Source: the human T2T-CHM13v2.0 reference genome, Homo sapiens
Length of the DNA stretch: 64,000 bases
Direction: 5' to 3' (one strand)
Assembly (NCBI RefSeq): GCF_009914755.1
Contig: NC_060934.1
Part shown: positions 1 to 11,721 of the stretch, piece by piece
Layout: each line of letters starts with the position of its first letter
Numbering within the stretch: the stretch's first letter is position 1
Made by a program: the position numbers and the translations under genes
The notes under the pieces: model-generated
What the model saw: only the letters and a program-made list of their open reading frames with translations
What the model was told of the DNA's origin: nothing
Database searches by the model: none

Positions 1-814
1 CCTGTAGATAAATGATGGCACTCAGAAGCCAGGGGCTCATGTTACCCCAGAGCTGCCCACAACTGGCTTTCCTCACCCTAAGTGCCTTGGCAGCAGTGTC
101 TTTTTCAGCTCTGCATCTCTGGCTTAGTGGGGAGCCAGTCCAGAGCTCTGGAACAAAGGACATGAGATCCAAATCCGATTCCAAGCGAGTGAGTGACAAG
201 CAGCTAATTTCCAAAGCTGTGTGGTGGACATTTTTTCTTCCTTCAACCCTCTGGGAGAGAAAATGATGCAAATGAGATACCCCAAGGGAGAGTAGCTTGT
301 TGTAACTTATGATTAATCTTGAAAAACCACGAGTTAAGTATTCCAGTCCTGGAGTTAACCTAAAATAAGGAACGTGATACCACTCACTGACATGCTCACT
401 GGCTCCCCTGCTCCTAGAATCCTAGATGCATTTGCCCCATGCAGCTCTCTTGCTGCTTAAGCCAGTGGAGGGCATCTTTGTTGGGATCAGCTAGGAAATG
501 AGCAGCCTTAGAGTCTGTCTTGAGGAAAAACTCCTCTAACCAGAAGAATAGCCCAATGAATTGTTACAGATTTTTCTTTTTCAAGTACTTGATCTCACTG
601 TTCTTCATGACAGCATGATGTTGGGAGCCATCTCATCCTCTCCTGAGTCCAATAAAAAGGCTTCTGAAAGAATGCTGAGCCATGGCTCACTATGGGTAGA
701 AATGGTAATGGTAAATGGCACCTGGGGGAGAAAGCACTGGCCATCCCACCTCTTCAAAAGTAGGGCATCTATATGACCTGAAGAGGGCTCTCTGCCGGGT
801 GACCACCTCTTTAC

Positions 815-1052
815 CGTGAGCAAATCATTTTACCCCTCTAGGCTTCGGTTCTTCACCTCAACAATGGGACTGGTATTGTTCATCTTACCTCCAAAATTTC
901 TTGAAAAACAAAGTCACTGTGGCAATAATATAGTCTGTGCCTCAGTTCCTTCTCTTGGGGTTTTTATGAAAATTAAATGAGCTAATGCATGCAGAGTGCT
1001 TAAAGTCGTGCCTGGCACACAGAAAGTGCTGTATAAATGTTGGCCATTATTT
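815..1052 (+). mobile_element. MIR SINE (degenerate)
   Basis: MIR 3' half: aaattaaatgagctaatgcatgcagagtgcttaaagtcgtgcctggcacacagaaagtgctgtataaatgttggccattatt. Confidence 0.8.
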
Positions 1053-2259
1053 TTATTGGCTTTTAATAAAGCCACACTAAAGATGATGAAAAGTAGAAAG
1101 TGTGGCTCCAATAAAAGCATGAATTACCTCCCTATTATTGCAGCTTTTAAGATATTTTCCTGAGTAGGCAATTGGGCAAGAGGGTTCTTCAGCCCAACTG
1201 CGACTGGTTGAATGCTCACATGCCTAGGTCACCCTACAAGGGAAGTGGAATCTTTGGACAGGTCCATTTTGAGCCAGGGGGATTTTCAACATGGACCTCT
1301 TGATGATGAGCCATCAAAATGTAAGAACATTTTTTAAATTAACAAGTAATGAAGACAAGAGTTAGCCTTGTGCCTTCCTCCCTCCTTGAGCCTAATCTTG
1401 TTTTCGAAATGGACCCTCTTGGAGTCCACGAAGGAGTGTTGCTATTTCCCACATTTCCTGTTAATGATATATTTAGGGTTTTGTTTTTCTTTAAAAGTTT
1501 GAGCATTTGTTGTCTAATTTGCATCAGACTATCTTAGGTCAAAGTGGTGAAGTCAAATATGTGTATTCTTTCATAGACCACCCAGTCTTCTCAAACAGTG
1601 CGTCTTTTTTGGAGCCTAGGCGGCTTTGCCAGCGGTAACCAAAGACAGTATTAGACCCAGTCATGTCCTAAAGGGAAGGAGGCAGCCTCACTGGCCACAA
1701 GCACAAGAAAGCCTAAGTTGGGGTACTGGGGTGTCCAGGATTGGAAGGCATTTACATTAATTGGCCACCATTTACAGCTTCATTCCCAGCCCTGATTTTA
1801 ATTAGCTGCTTCCGGATTGAATCTCCCAAATGTTCTGCCTCCATCCTTGTTTAATCCTGCAGTCTGATGGGCCCTGACTTATGCACATCAATACTGTTTA
1901 CAAACATGAAAGCTGCCCAGCAGTGTTTGAACTTTAGGTGCCGTCATTGGTTATCGATAAGGAAAGGCAGCCCTGCAGGGGGTGCATCAATACTACCAGG
2001 TCAATATTCCACATACAGGCAAGATCCAGGCCTTTCTGCATGGTCAGGGGGAGGAGGTGGCTGTGGGCTGGGTATCTGACTCACATTTCTTTGCCCTGTA
2101 TAATAAGCATCTTTTTCCCATTCTGAGTCACTCACGGATCCCTAGGGGTTGATCCAGTTACTTAAGAAGCTTCCAGTTGGGCAAGAGGACAAAGCCACCA
2201 TTTTGGAAGAATATATATATTTTTTTCCAGTGGACACATAGGGCCATGGTTCTCCTAGG

Positions 2260-2885
2260 GTGCTAGACTTGGAGTCAGTTTTCTGCAAGGCTCCTACACT
2301 AACAAGCTATAAGATTTGGAGCAAGTCATATCCTCTCTTGGCCTCACTGTTTAAATCTAGAAAATATCAGTTTCAATGGTTAAATGTGGTAACATATGCA
2401 AAAGTGTTTTTATAAACTGAGAAGGATCAAGTGTGTTGTGCAATGGGAAGTGCATGGTCTATGAAGCCAGACATAGGTTTAAACCCCAGTTCTTGTAGTT
2501 ACTGGCTGGCTATCCTTTAGTAGTTTGCATGTTCTCTCTAATCCTCAATTTACCTGCATGTTAAATGGGCTTAATTATGGTACAAACTTGGAAGGCTGTT
2601 TGAGGATTAGATGGATTAAACATCAAAGAATGTATCTTAGTGCCTGGACCTAAGAAACACTTAATACATTTTAACTGTTTCTCCATTATTAGGGCTATTT
2701 TTATTTAATTATCATCATTATGATTACAATTCCAAGGTCTGTTCACTTAGCCAAGTGACCTTGGAGAGGTTACTTTCCTTTCTCAGCCCTGGTCCCCTCA
2801 GCAGTCAAATATAGAATTAAATGGAAATATTGTAAAATAGATGGGGAGGCATATTTTATGCACTCAATGCATGTTAGTTCTCTTC
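2260..2885 (+). mobile_element. Three adjacent MIR relics (~2260-2420, ~2432-2690, ~2730-2885)
   Basis: Repeated MIR hallmarks: ttggagtcag, gtgaccttgg, ctcaatttacctgcatgttaaatggg, gtttgaggattagatgg, cttagtgcctgg. Confidence 0.7.
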
Positions 2886-3475
2886 CCCTAATTTTTGTTG
2901 TCTTTCTTTCCTCTTGTGGAGAGACAGATCCTTCGTTTCTTCTTGCAGCATTCTTTATAAATCTGAAGGAAGCATGCTTAGCCCCTTCATTTCAAGTCAG
3001 GATTGAAAGATCTACCCCAGTTGAGAAGAGCAAGCTTTCTGCGCCCTGGCACCAGGTCGACTTCCCTCAGGAGTTGCCTCTGCTGGGCAGTTTCCACAAG
3101 GCCCCTCTGAGTTTTTTGTTTTTGTCTTGTTGACTCTTAAACATCTCTTCCTCTCCCTCTCTGTATTCCAGAAAGTATTTGTGGGGAGCAGCTTAGTCGA
3201 TTCAGGACTTCATTCTCAAAAGTTCCCATATAGGACTCCAACTTCCAAGGGGGTGAGACCCACAGCCCATGTACTGTGCAACTGGGAAATTATGTGTTTC
3301 TGTGATTTCTGCAGTCAGAAGCCCCCAAGCCACATTTATCCATTTACAGTTTGCTGATATTCTGAGATGCCTCAGGTTTTCACTGAGTTTATTAAATTGC
3401 TGGGTGGCTTGGAATTAGCACCTCCCCCAACTGCACTGACTCTCGTAAACCAATAGCTAAAAATCTGCCTTCCAG

Positions 3476-3588
3476 AAGGGTGACCAACTCATCCAGACTT
3501 GTCTGGGAGTTTCTGCCCTTGTGCACTGAAAGTCCATGTCCTGGAAGTCCCCTCAGTCCTGGGCAAGCTAGGACAGTTGGCCACCCTA
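3476..3588. mobile_element. MER81-like non-autonomous hAT (Blackjack) DNA transposon
   Basis: Terminal inverted repeats agggtgaccaact...agttggccaccct, ~113 bp, internal gcactgaaagtcc...cccctcagtcctgggcaa; degenerate 8-bp flanks ccttccag/ccttttgg. Confidence 0.8.
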
Positions 3589-3849
3589 CCTTTTGGCGCA
3601 GTCAAATTATCTTCCCTTTCAGCGGATGATGCAACAAAAGAAAATGGAAATTGTGAGGTTTCTCTACCGAAAAGGAATGGGGACACCCAAAGAGACCCTG
3701 GGCTCCCTGTTCTGAGGACTGGGACTTAAATAGCCTCTCCTCCCTCAGAGAGCAGGAGGCAGCTCCTTCCTACAAGGGATTCTGTAGAAAGCACTAGACA
3801 ATATGAATGGTGTGATGGGGTGAACGGTTTGACTTCTTATAGAGTATGA

Positions 3850-4271
<422 letters not shown>

Positions 4272-4484
4272 GTCTTTGGGTTTAAGAGTCATAAATACTA
4301 CAGTTTCTTAGAGAAACAGCATATGCCATTCTACTAAATATGAAAAAAAGAAAAAGAAACTCTTGAGAATAAGTTAAATATAAGCAAGGCACCCACAACA
4401 CTGATGCCAAGTTCCTGGTGTAACTGATGCTCCTGTGGACGTTAGCTTTTAAATGAATGAGCAAGCGGGCAAAGGACGTACAGT

Positions 4485-4720
4485 AGCTAATGGTTCCCGA
4501 GTACTCGGTGCATACCAGGCTCTGTGCTGACCACTCACAGGCCTCGTCTCATTTGCTCCCAGCAACCACCTAGGAGGCAGCTACTGTTATTAGAGGGATG
4601 TCACAGATTAAAACACGAGTTTCACAGATGTTGAAGTAACTGATCTAAGGTTGTGCAACAAGTGAGTGGCCAGACAAGACTTGGACCCTGGTCATCAGGA
4701 GACAGAGCCACGCTTTTGCC
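4485..4720 (-). mobile_element. MIR SINE
   Basis: Reverse MIR core: ccaggctctgtgctg...tctcatttgctcccagcaaccacc...aagtaactgatctaaggttg. Confidence 0.7.
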
Positions 4721-4879
4721 CACTGTGGGGCACTGTCTGCCTGTCTTGTCTTCCCTGGCACGGCATAATCAACCTCACCAACTGTCCCACAGATTTTTAC
4801 CATGTTCTCCTGAAAATTACTTCAAAGGTGCTTTGCTCAGAATGACCCCAAGCAGACACTGCTATTAATGACAGCTGGG

Positions 4880-4937
4880 GCGCACACACATGCATGCATG
4901 TGCACACACATGTGCGCGTGCACACATACACACACGC
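4880..4937. repeat. 58-bp uninterrupted alternating purine-pyrimidine (CA/TG/CG) tract
   Basis: gcgcacacacatgcatgcatgtgcacacacatgtgcgcgtgcacacatacacacacgc. Confidence 0.95.
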
Positions 4938-6379
4938 CACTGCTAATGAACACAAAGAGACTCAAGTAGAATTGTTATTAAACCTGCAGCTTTGCTTTTA
5001 GCCTTGAGCTTGCCAGGCACTTGTCTCAGTGACTTCTGGCCAGAAGTTGGGCGAGGCAGTCTAAATTTGGAGTGATCATAGAAGGTGGTGATGAAGGTGC
5101 TGGTGCTTGGAAGGCAGGGCCATGAGGGAGGCAGAAGGCTCTGTGTGGGTTGTGGCTCCTGCCCATAACTCCTCAAGGCTTCGGGAAAGGTAGAACCATT
5201 GAGTGCAGGCCTTGGGAACAGTGAAGGGGCCAAAGACAGCTCGCATCCCCAGAAGCAGATGTGCAGGACTGGGTGAGGTGGAAGCTGGGAACCAGAAGCC
5301 AGGAGGTGGGCTCTGGACTCCAAGGCTAAGCTGGGAGGGCAAACTGTGGAACTGGGAGAAGAAGTCAAGTTCACCTAAATGCATCAGGGGAAGACTGCTC
5401 CAAGTAGTGTCTGGGTCATGCATATTCTTGCAGTCCCTGAGCTTCTAGCCACATATTTTCAAAGGCCCAGACTCTTCTAGCTCAGGGCTCTGAGCGGAAG
5501 GAGAGCTGAAGCTGGAACAGCTAAACCCTAAAGAGTCTAAATGTCACTGCTGGAAACTCAGGAGCTGAAAAGAATATGATTCTGCCTCAAAGGCCCTTTG
5601 AGTTCCTCCCCTTTCTCTCTCCACTACCTCAGTTTCCCTCCTTGCCCCTTCCCATCCCTCCTCCCTCTCCCCCAGCCAAAGAACATCAGCCAGTTTATTT
5701 GGGGCTTGCCAGCTCTCAGAACGGGTGTGACCCAGAGGTATGAAGCTGGAAGATACAACTTCCTCAATGTTCTCCTCTAACTGGAAGTGAGAACTGGGGG
5801 AAGACGCTCCCAGTGGTGTGTGGTTGAGTGTTGGAAGGTACTTCTTGGGGACACTCACTTGCAGCTCTAACTTGCTAGATTCCTCCATGAGCTGGAAGTG
5901 CCTTTATTTACCTTTAAGGCAGATTCTTCCTCAGTGGCACAGGGTAGACTGCCCTGTGATTTCATACTTGTGACTGGGGCCTGTTCTATGAAATTCTGGG
6001 AAAAGTTTTCATCAACTTTTCCACCAACAAGTCAGAGCAGGGTCTGGCTGACTGTTACCGCCTCTTTCTCCAAAAGGGAGGGAACGTGTCATTTTGAAAA
6101 CATGATCTTCACAAGGTAACGCATTAGGCTGCAAATCTGGACTTTTTTCTCCCCCTCCCCATCTACCTTTTTTTCCCTTGCTAATTGGCAGAAAATTAAT
6201 GAACAAGGTACTGATGGAGCAGATGCTTCTTGTGGAAAAAGGCAGAATTGGAGTTTTTCTTACCTTCCTTTTTTTTTTTTTTTTTTTTTTGAACACATCA
6301 AGAAGGTAGTAACATGTGGCAGGTCAGAAATTAAGAGAAGGTAACAGTACAGACTGTAAAGAACACAAAGGAGTTGGGG

Positions 6380-6478
6380 ATGTGTGTTTGTGTGTGAGTG
6401 TGTGTGTGTAAGTGTGTGTGTGTGTTTTCTCTTTTGTTTCAACTTCCTTGCATCTTTTTTTTTTTTTTTTTTTTTTTT
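6380..6478. repeat. Imperfect (TG)n microsatellite followed by poly(T)
   Basis: tgtgtgtttgtgtgtgagtgtgtgtgtgtaagtgtgtgtgtgtg, then a T run at 6455-6478; a further T run at ~6269-6290. Confidence 0.95.
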
Positions 6479-6480
6479 AG

Positions 6481-6660
6481 CTCATATTCGGCTGCAGCTC
6501 ATAATTAGCAGCTAGGCCTCTGGGACCTAATTAACCAATTTAATTAACAAAAAAAGCACACAAGTCACCCTGACATTTGTCAGCCATTAGGAGGGATGTC
6601 AGACTGGCAGTTTCAGCCGACACATTAATGGTGATTAGCTCATTTGTGACTCACTTTTAC
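6481..6660. promoter_or_regulatory. Putative developmental enhancer (homeodomain/TALE/AP-1 motif cluster)
   Basis: TAATTA at 6502, 6528 and 6541; TGACAttTGTCA palindrome 6571-6582; CATTAATG 6623; TGACTCA 6647; non-repetitive sequence. Confidence 0.5.
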
Positions 6661-7369
6661 TCCAGGATCCTCCTAGAGAGGCAGCCTCTGAGCCACACTG
6701 CCCAGAGCTGTGGGGTCAGGAGCTTGACCTTCAAAGGTCAATAGAAAGCCCCCTCCTAGCTCTCCTATTGGGTCAAGGGGCCCCATCCAAACCTTTGTGA
6801 AGATGTGTCTATACTGCTCCCAAGTTTCCGCTGAAGTCCCTTTGGAAAAGCCCAACACTCTTGGCTATTTCTCCAGGGAATGAGAATTCAGCAAAGCCTT
6901 CTTTATAAGGGAAGAAGCTTTTTAAATTTTATTATCATTGTTATATTTGGCCTGTTGGTTCCCATATTTACTTCCTGCACTTGGCAGGGTTGCTGTAGTC
7001 AGCTCCACCAGGCGGTTTCTTCATTCAGGCACTGCCTTTGTTCTTGGAGTTGATTAATTCCACTATCTTATATGATGCAGACAGGTATTTATATAGTGCC
7101 TTGACTATCTTTGCCTCTGATCTCTCTTAATTTAACTCCACTTTCCCAGAAGCCTCAATTTACTAATAAGCCAGGAATCCTGTGTAAATAAAAAAAAGCT
7201 CAGGTGCATAGGTTGACAGATAAAGGGAAAGGTGGTGAGGTCCTAAAATGCCAGAGCCCTGGTAATATGTCTCCCAGTGTCTTCCTCCCCTTTGCCTTAG
7301 TCAGTCCCCAAGGAAGTTTCCAAGGGCCTGGTTTGCTGGCCTGAGGAAATATAAGCACCAAGCATCATT

Positions 7370-7897
7370 TAGAGGTTGTGCTTGGCTGCATGTAACAGAA
7401 AGCTCAAGAACAACTCACTTAAACACATGGGAATTTATTGTTCTCACCTGACGAGGTCTCAAGGCAGGCAGGCAGGACTGGGACTGGTACAGCTGCTCCA
7501 TGACTTCATAATACCTCCAGCTCCCTCTGTCCTTCTTTCCCACTGGCCTTAGCATGTACGGGATTTCTCTCTGTGGTTGCAAGATGGCAGTTCTTATGCT
7601 TCCAGGTATCATGATTGCATTCCAGGAAGGAAGAAGAGGGCTTAGAAAAAGAAAAGACCTTTGTGAAATCTGCTTTAAAAACAAAATCGAGGAAATAACA
7701 GCTTTCCAGGAAGACTTACCCAGCAAATACCCATTTTCATTGACCAGAACTATGTCATGTGGCTATCCCAACTACAAAGGATGCTAGAAATTGGGTTATT
7801 CTTGGATGAATACATTGTGGTCATGAACAAAACTGGGATTCTCTTGGTAAGGAAGAAGGGAAGGACAGCTATAGGCCAACTAGCAACGTGTGCCGCA
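7370..7897 (-). mobile_element. MLT1 (K/L-like) MaLR solo LTR
   Basis: ggctgcatgtaacagaaa...ggttgcaagatggcag...cattgaccagaactatgtcatgtggc...aaaactgggattctc...aaggaagaaggg. Confidence 0.75.
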
Positions 7898-7939
7898 TCC
7901 ATGGATTGAGTTCCTACTGGGGAAACATATTTCCTTGTA

Positions 7940-8100
7940 AGAACCCTGCGGGGAAGCGGTGATGATATTCATGTCTGCCAGATGAGACAAGGGGTGCCTA
8001 GTGAGGTTAAATCATTTGCCTAAGGTCACACTGCTGGTTAATAGTTGGAGTTCAGACAGACCAGACCTGAAGCTTGGGTTTTTCTCTGCCTACACCACGG
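7940..8100 (-). mobile_element. MIR SINE
   Basis: cagatgagac...gaggttaaatcatttgcctaaggtcacactgctggt. Confidence 0.75.
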
Positions 8101-9808
8101 TGCACTAGTCATGGGTTCTCAAATACTCAATCTGTAGCCACATAGTGGGAGTCCTGATGACCAAGATTTTGTCCAGCTGAAAAACAGGATGGGAAACTCA
8201 GAAGACACTCTTGCCCTTCCAGTGTGCCTCTGTTGCTTGCCTGGTTCCAAGCCACATGTTAATAACACCCATATGGGTTTCATTTCCTCCAGAGCTTGCC
8301 CAAGTAAGCCTCCAAAGCAACCTGGCTTGCCATCCTCTGCCTCCTCCTGCCAGCCCCTAACCCCTGCTCACAGGTGGAGTTGACCCATTCAAACTGGAGA
8401 CACCCTGGGCTGTGCAATTAGGCTGGAGAAGACAGACCCCATTTCAAAAGGTGACTCCCTACCATTTTGAAATAGGACTTCATTAATTGCATTCCCCTAT
8501 TGATTCATTACCATGAAACAGCCTGGAGTGCTTGCCTGTAGCCTAACCTTTCTCAACAGAGGGAGCCAGACGTTCTTTGCAGGTAATCTACAGGGCCCAA
8601 CAGCAAATATCTGGAATCGGGACTATTCATGCATGAACAATATAGCAGCTCCTTATTGTTACACGCATTGTTCTCTGACAAAGAGCAACGGGCAGGTTAA
8701 ATCTATTTTAGCTGAGAAGGCTCTACAGAAATCCTTGCTACCGAGCATTTGATACTGATCACAGAGTCACATCAGGGAACAGCAGCTGAAAGGAGAAAGT
8801 CATTTTTATTTCTGAACTTTAGAGGAGACAACCTCTCCTCCGCGCTGGCTCCCCAGGACCTAGGCCTCTAGGTGGGAGTGAGGATTTTGTTTTGTTTTGT
8901 TTTTTAATGCCACTCAATGAGAATGCGTTTCTTAAGGGAATCGGGGGCTGGACGGTTAGGGGGAAAAAGGTATTACACAATGTCGCATTCAGGCAACATA
9001 TGTGAACTCTGGATTCATTCAATTTTAAAAACGTGTTCTCAGGGGAATCAAGTCTGTGAGCTGTGAATTATAACGAAGGGCGTGGCAGCCTCAGGGTTGG
9101 TGGTGCCTAAATGGTACCATTTGGAACAGCAGAAAAACAGGAACTTGATTCTGCCTTGGATTTGCCTCTGCTCAGCCGGGCAGTGGAAATGCCACTTGCT
9201 CAATTCACCCTCCTTCTCCAAAGAGTGAGCCCATTGAGACTGAGACTTCTGTAAGGCCCAACATGCATGAGGGCTGGGAAGAGATGGGCAGGGTGAGATA
9301 TGGATGGAAGAAAAATTATTTAATCCAATCCTTATATTACAGCAGCAGAGACAGGACCAGGGCGAGGGTGTGCCTTGCCCTTCTAGTGAGTGCTGAGATT
9401 AGAAGCCAACCCACAACTATTCATCCTCCATGGTAATTTTCAGTAAGAAGCATGGTGTTGAACTGGGCCAGGAGGATGGCAACAATTTAGCTCGGGGGCT
9501 GGTGGGAAGGACAGTATATCCAAATCATTTAACAACCAGTCCAGGGTGGGCACCACTAGATCGGGCAAAGGCATCAAGCAAGCATAATGGACACTAACCA
9601 CAAATGCCATTTGTGCCCCCAAGTGGGTCCTGATGCTGACTCTCAGGCCTCTCTAGACCTCAGTGAAACCATCATGGAACAGCCCTGGGATAGAGCCATG
9701 TGAAGGAAGGAGCAGCTGACAGTCACCCAGTCACTGACTGATGTGTCAGGAAAGTAGGTGATTCCATTAGTTGGTTGAAATTGTTTATTCTACAAATATC
9801 TAGAAAGG

Positions 9809-10339
9809 TGCATGAAATAAACAAAGACCAACCAAGTGAGGGAAGCAAAGCCTATTTATTCAGAGCTTGCTATAGCAAGGGAGTCAGCCACCACCCTTTG
9901 CAAAGACTCAAGGGCAGGCCAGGGGAGTGGGAAAGCTTTATAGAGAGAAAAGGGAAGCCTCAGGTGTGTGCAGATTTGAGGCTGTTGGTTTTGGGGAGCT
10001 GTGTGTGGGATAACTAGAAAGGGGGCATCCTATCTGATTGGTTGGGGTGCATATTTGGCTTTCTCTGGTTGGTCCTTAAGTTGGAAGTGGAGACAAAAAT
10101 TAGGGAAGTGTCAGTTATTAATCAAGTCCCATCTATTTGAGGCAGATTGTTACAGGGGTTGCTGTTTAGCTTCCTGGATTGTCACTAGAGAGAGCAAACT
10201 GGCTTCCCATAAATCCGACTTACAGCAGACTGGCTTCCTGGGTTGTTTGTTGTAGATAGGAGGTTGCTGCAGGTTGTGGGTCAAAGTTCTATTTTTATAC
10301 ATGGTCTGAACATTTTCTGTTTGTATATTCAGTCTCTTA
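9809..10339 (-). mobile_element. ERV1-class solo LTR (MER67-like)
   Basis: Minus strand begins taagagactgaatatacaaac...ataaaaatagaactttgacccacaacctgcagcaacc and ends ...gactcccttgctatagcaagctctgAATAAAtagg...tttatttcatgca. Confidence 0.65.
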
Positions 10340-11279
10340 GTCCCCGGATTGTCTCTAGCTTGGTTCAATTATTTCTCCCCCACCATTCTTCTCCTTGGGA
10401 AAAATAAAAATCATTATGTATATAGATTCACTCTGAGGTACCTTCTTCATAACCACAACCCACTTCTCCAGGATTTCAGCCTGAGTGTTTCCAAATGAAA
10501 AGTTTCTCTGAAACTTAAAGTTGAAACTGGCTGCTTTGTTAGCCATCCAAGGCAAGAGATATACTGGGGGTCTCACATCTGCCTTCCTTCTTCTGCCCCA
10601 GCTTTCCACACAACCAAGCAGGATCCCAGTCAAGTCCAGGGCAATATCATGTTGCTTTTGGCTAAGTGCTGCACTTCCATGGTCTAGGCTCTGATGCTAG
10701 ATGCTGGCACTCCCACTCTGTGATAACATGTGCATGTTTAGTTCTGTACAATTTTATCACGTGTGTAGGTCCTGTATCTACCACCACACTCAAGACACAA
10801 AACAAACAAGCAAAACAACAACAAGATACAAAACAATTCCCTCCCACAAAGGTAAAGATTCCTACTCTTGCCCTTTTATAGCTACCCTCACCTCCCTCTC
10901 ACCCCCACCTCACCTCCTATCCCAGACCTCTGGCAACCTCTAATCTGTTCTCCATGTCTATAACTTTGTCATTTCAAGAATGTTATGCAAGTGAATTCAT
11001 GTAATATGTAACCTTTGGGATTGGCTTTTTTCACTTGGTGTAATTCTCTAGAGATTCATCCAGGTTGTTTTGTGTAGCAACAGTTCCTTTTCTTAGGTGA
11101 GTAGCACACCATGGTATGGATGGACCACGGTTTGTTTAACCATTCACCCACTGAAGGGTATCTGGGTTGCTTCTAGGTTTGGGGTGTTCTAAATAAAGCT
11201 ACTATGATCATTCATGCACAGTTTTCTCTGTGAACACAAGTTTTCGTTTCTGTGGAGTAAATGCCCCAGAGCATAATAG

Positions 11280-11613
<334 letters not shown>

Positions 11614-11661
11614 ACATGGTTAGTTTTATAAGAAACTGCCAAATAGTTTTCCAGAGTAGAC

Positions 11662-11721
11662 ATTCCCACCAGCAATGAATGAATGATCCAGATTCCCACC
11701 AGCAATGAATGAATGATCCAG
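11662..11721. repeat. Perfect 30-bp tandem duplication
   Basis: (attcccaccagcaatgaatgaatgatccag)x2. Confidence 0.95.

Noticed and set aside
8695-8715. MEF2-like CTATTTTAG
   Set aside because: One base short of YTA(W)4TAR; the surrounding region may be conserved, but I have no supporting evidence.
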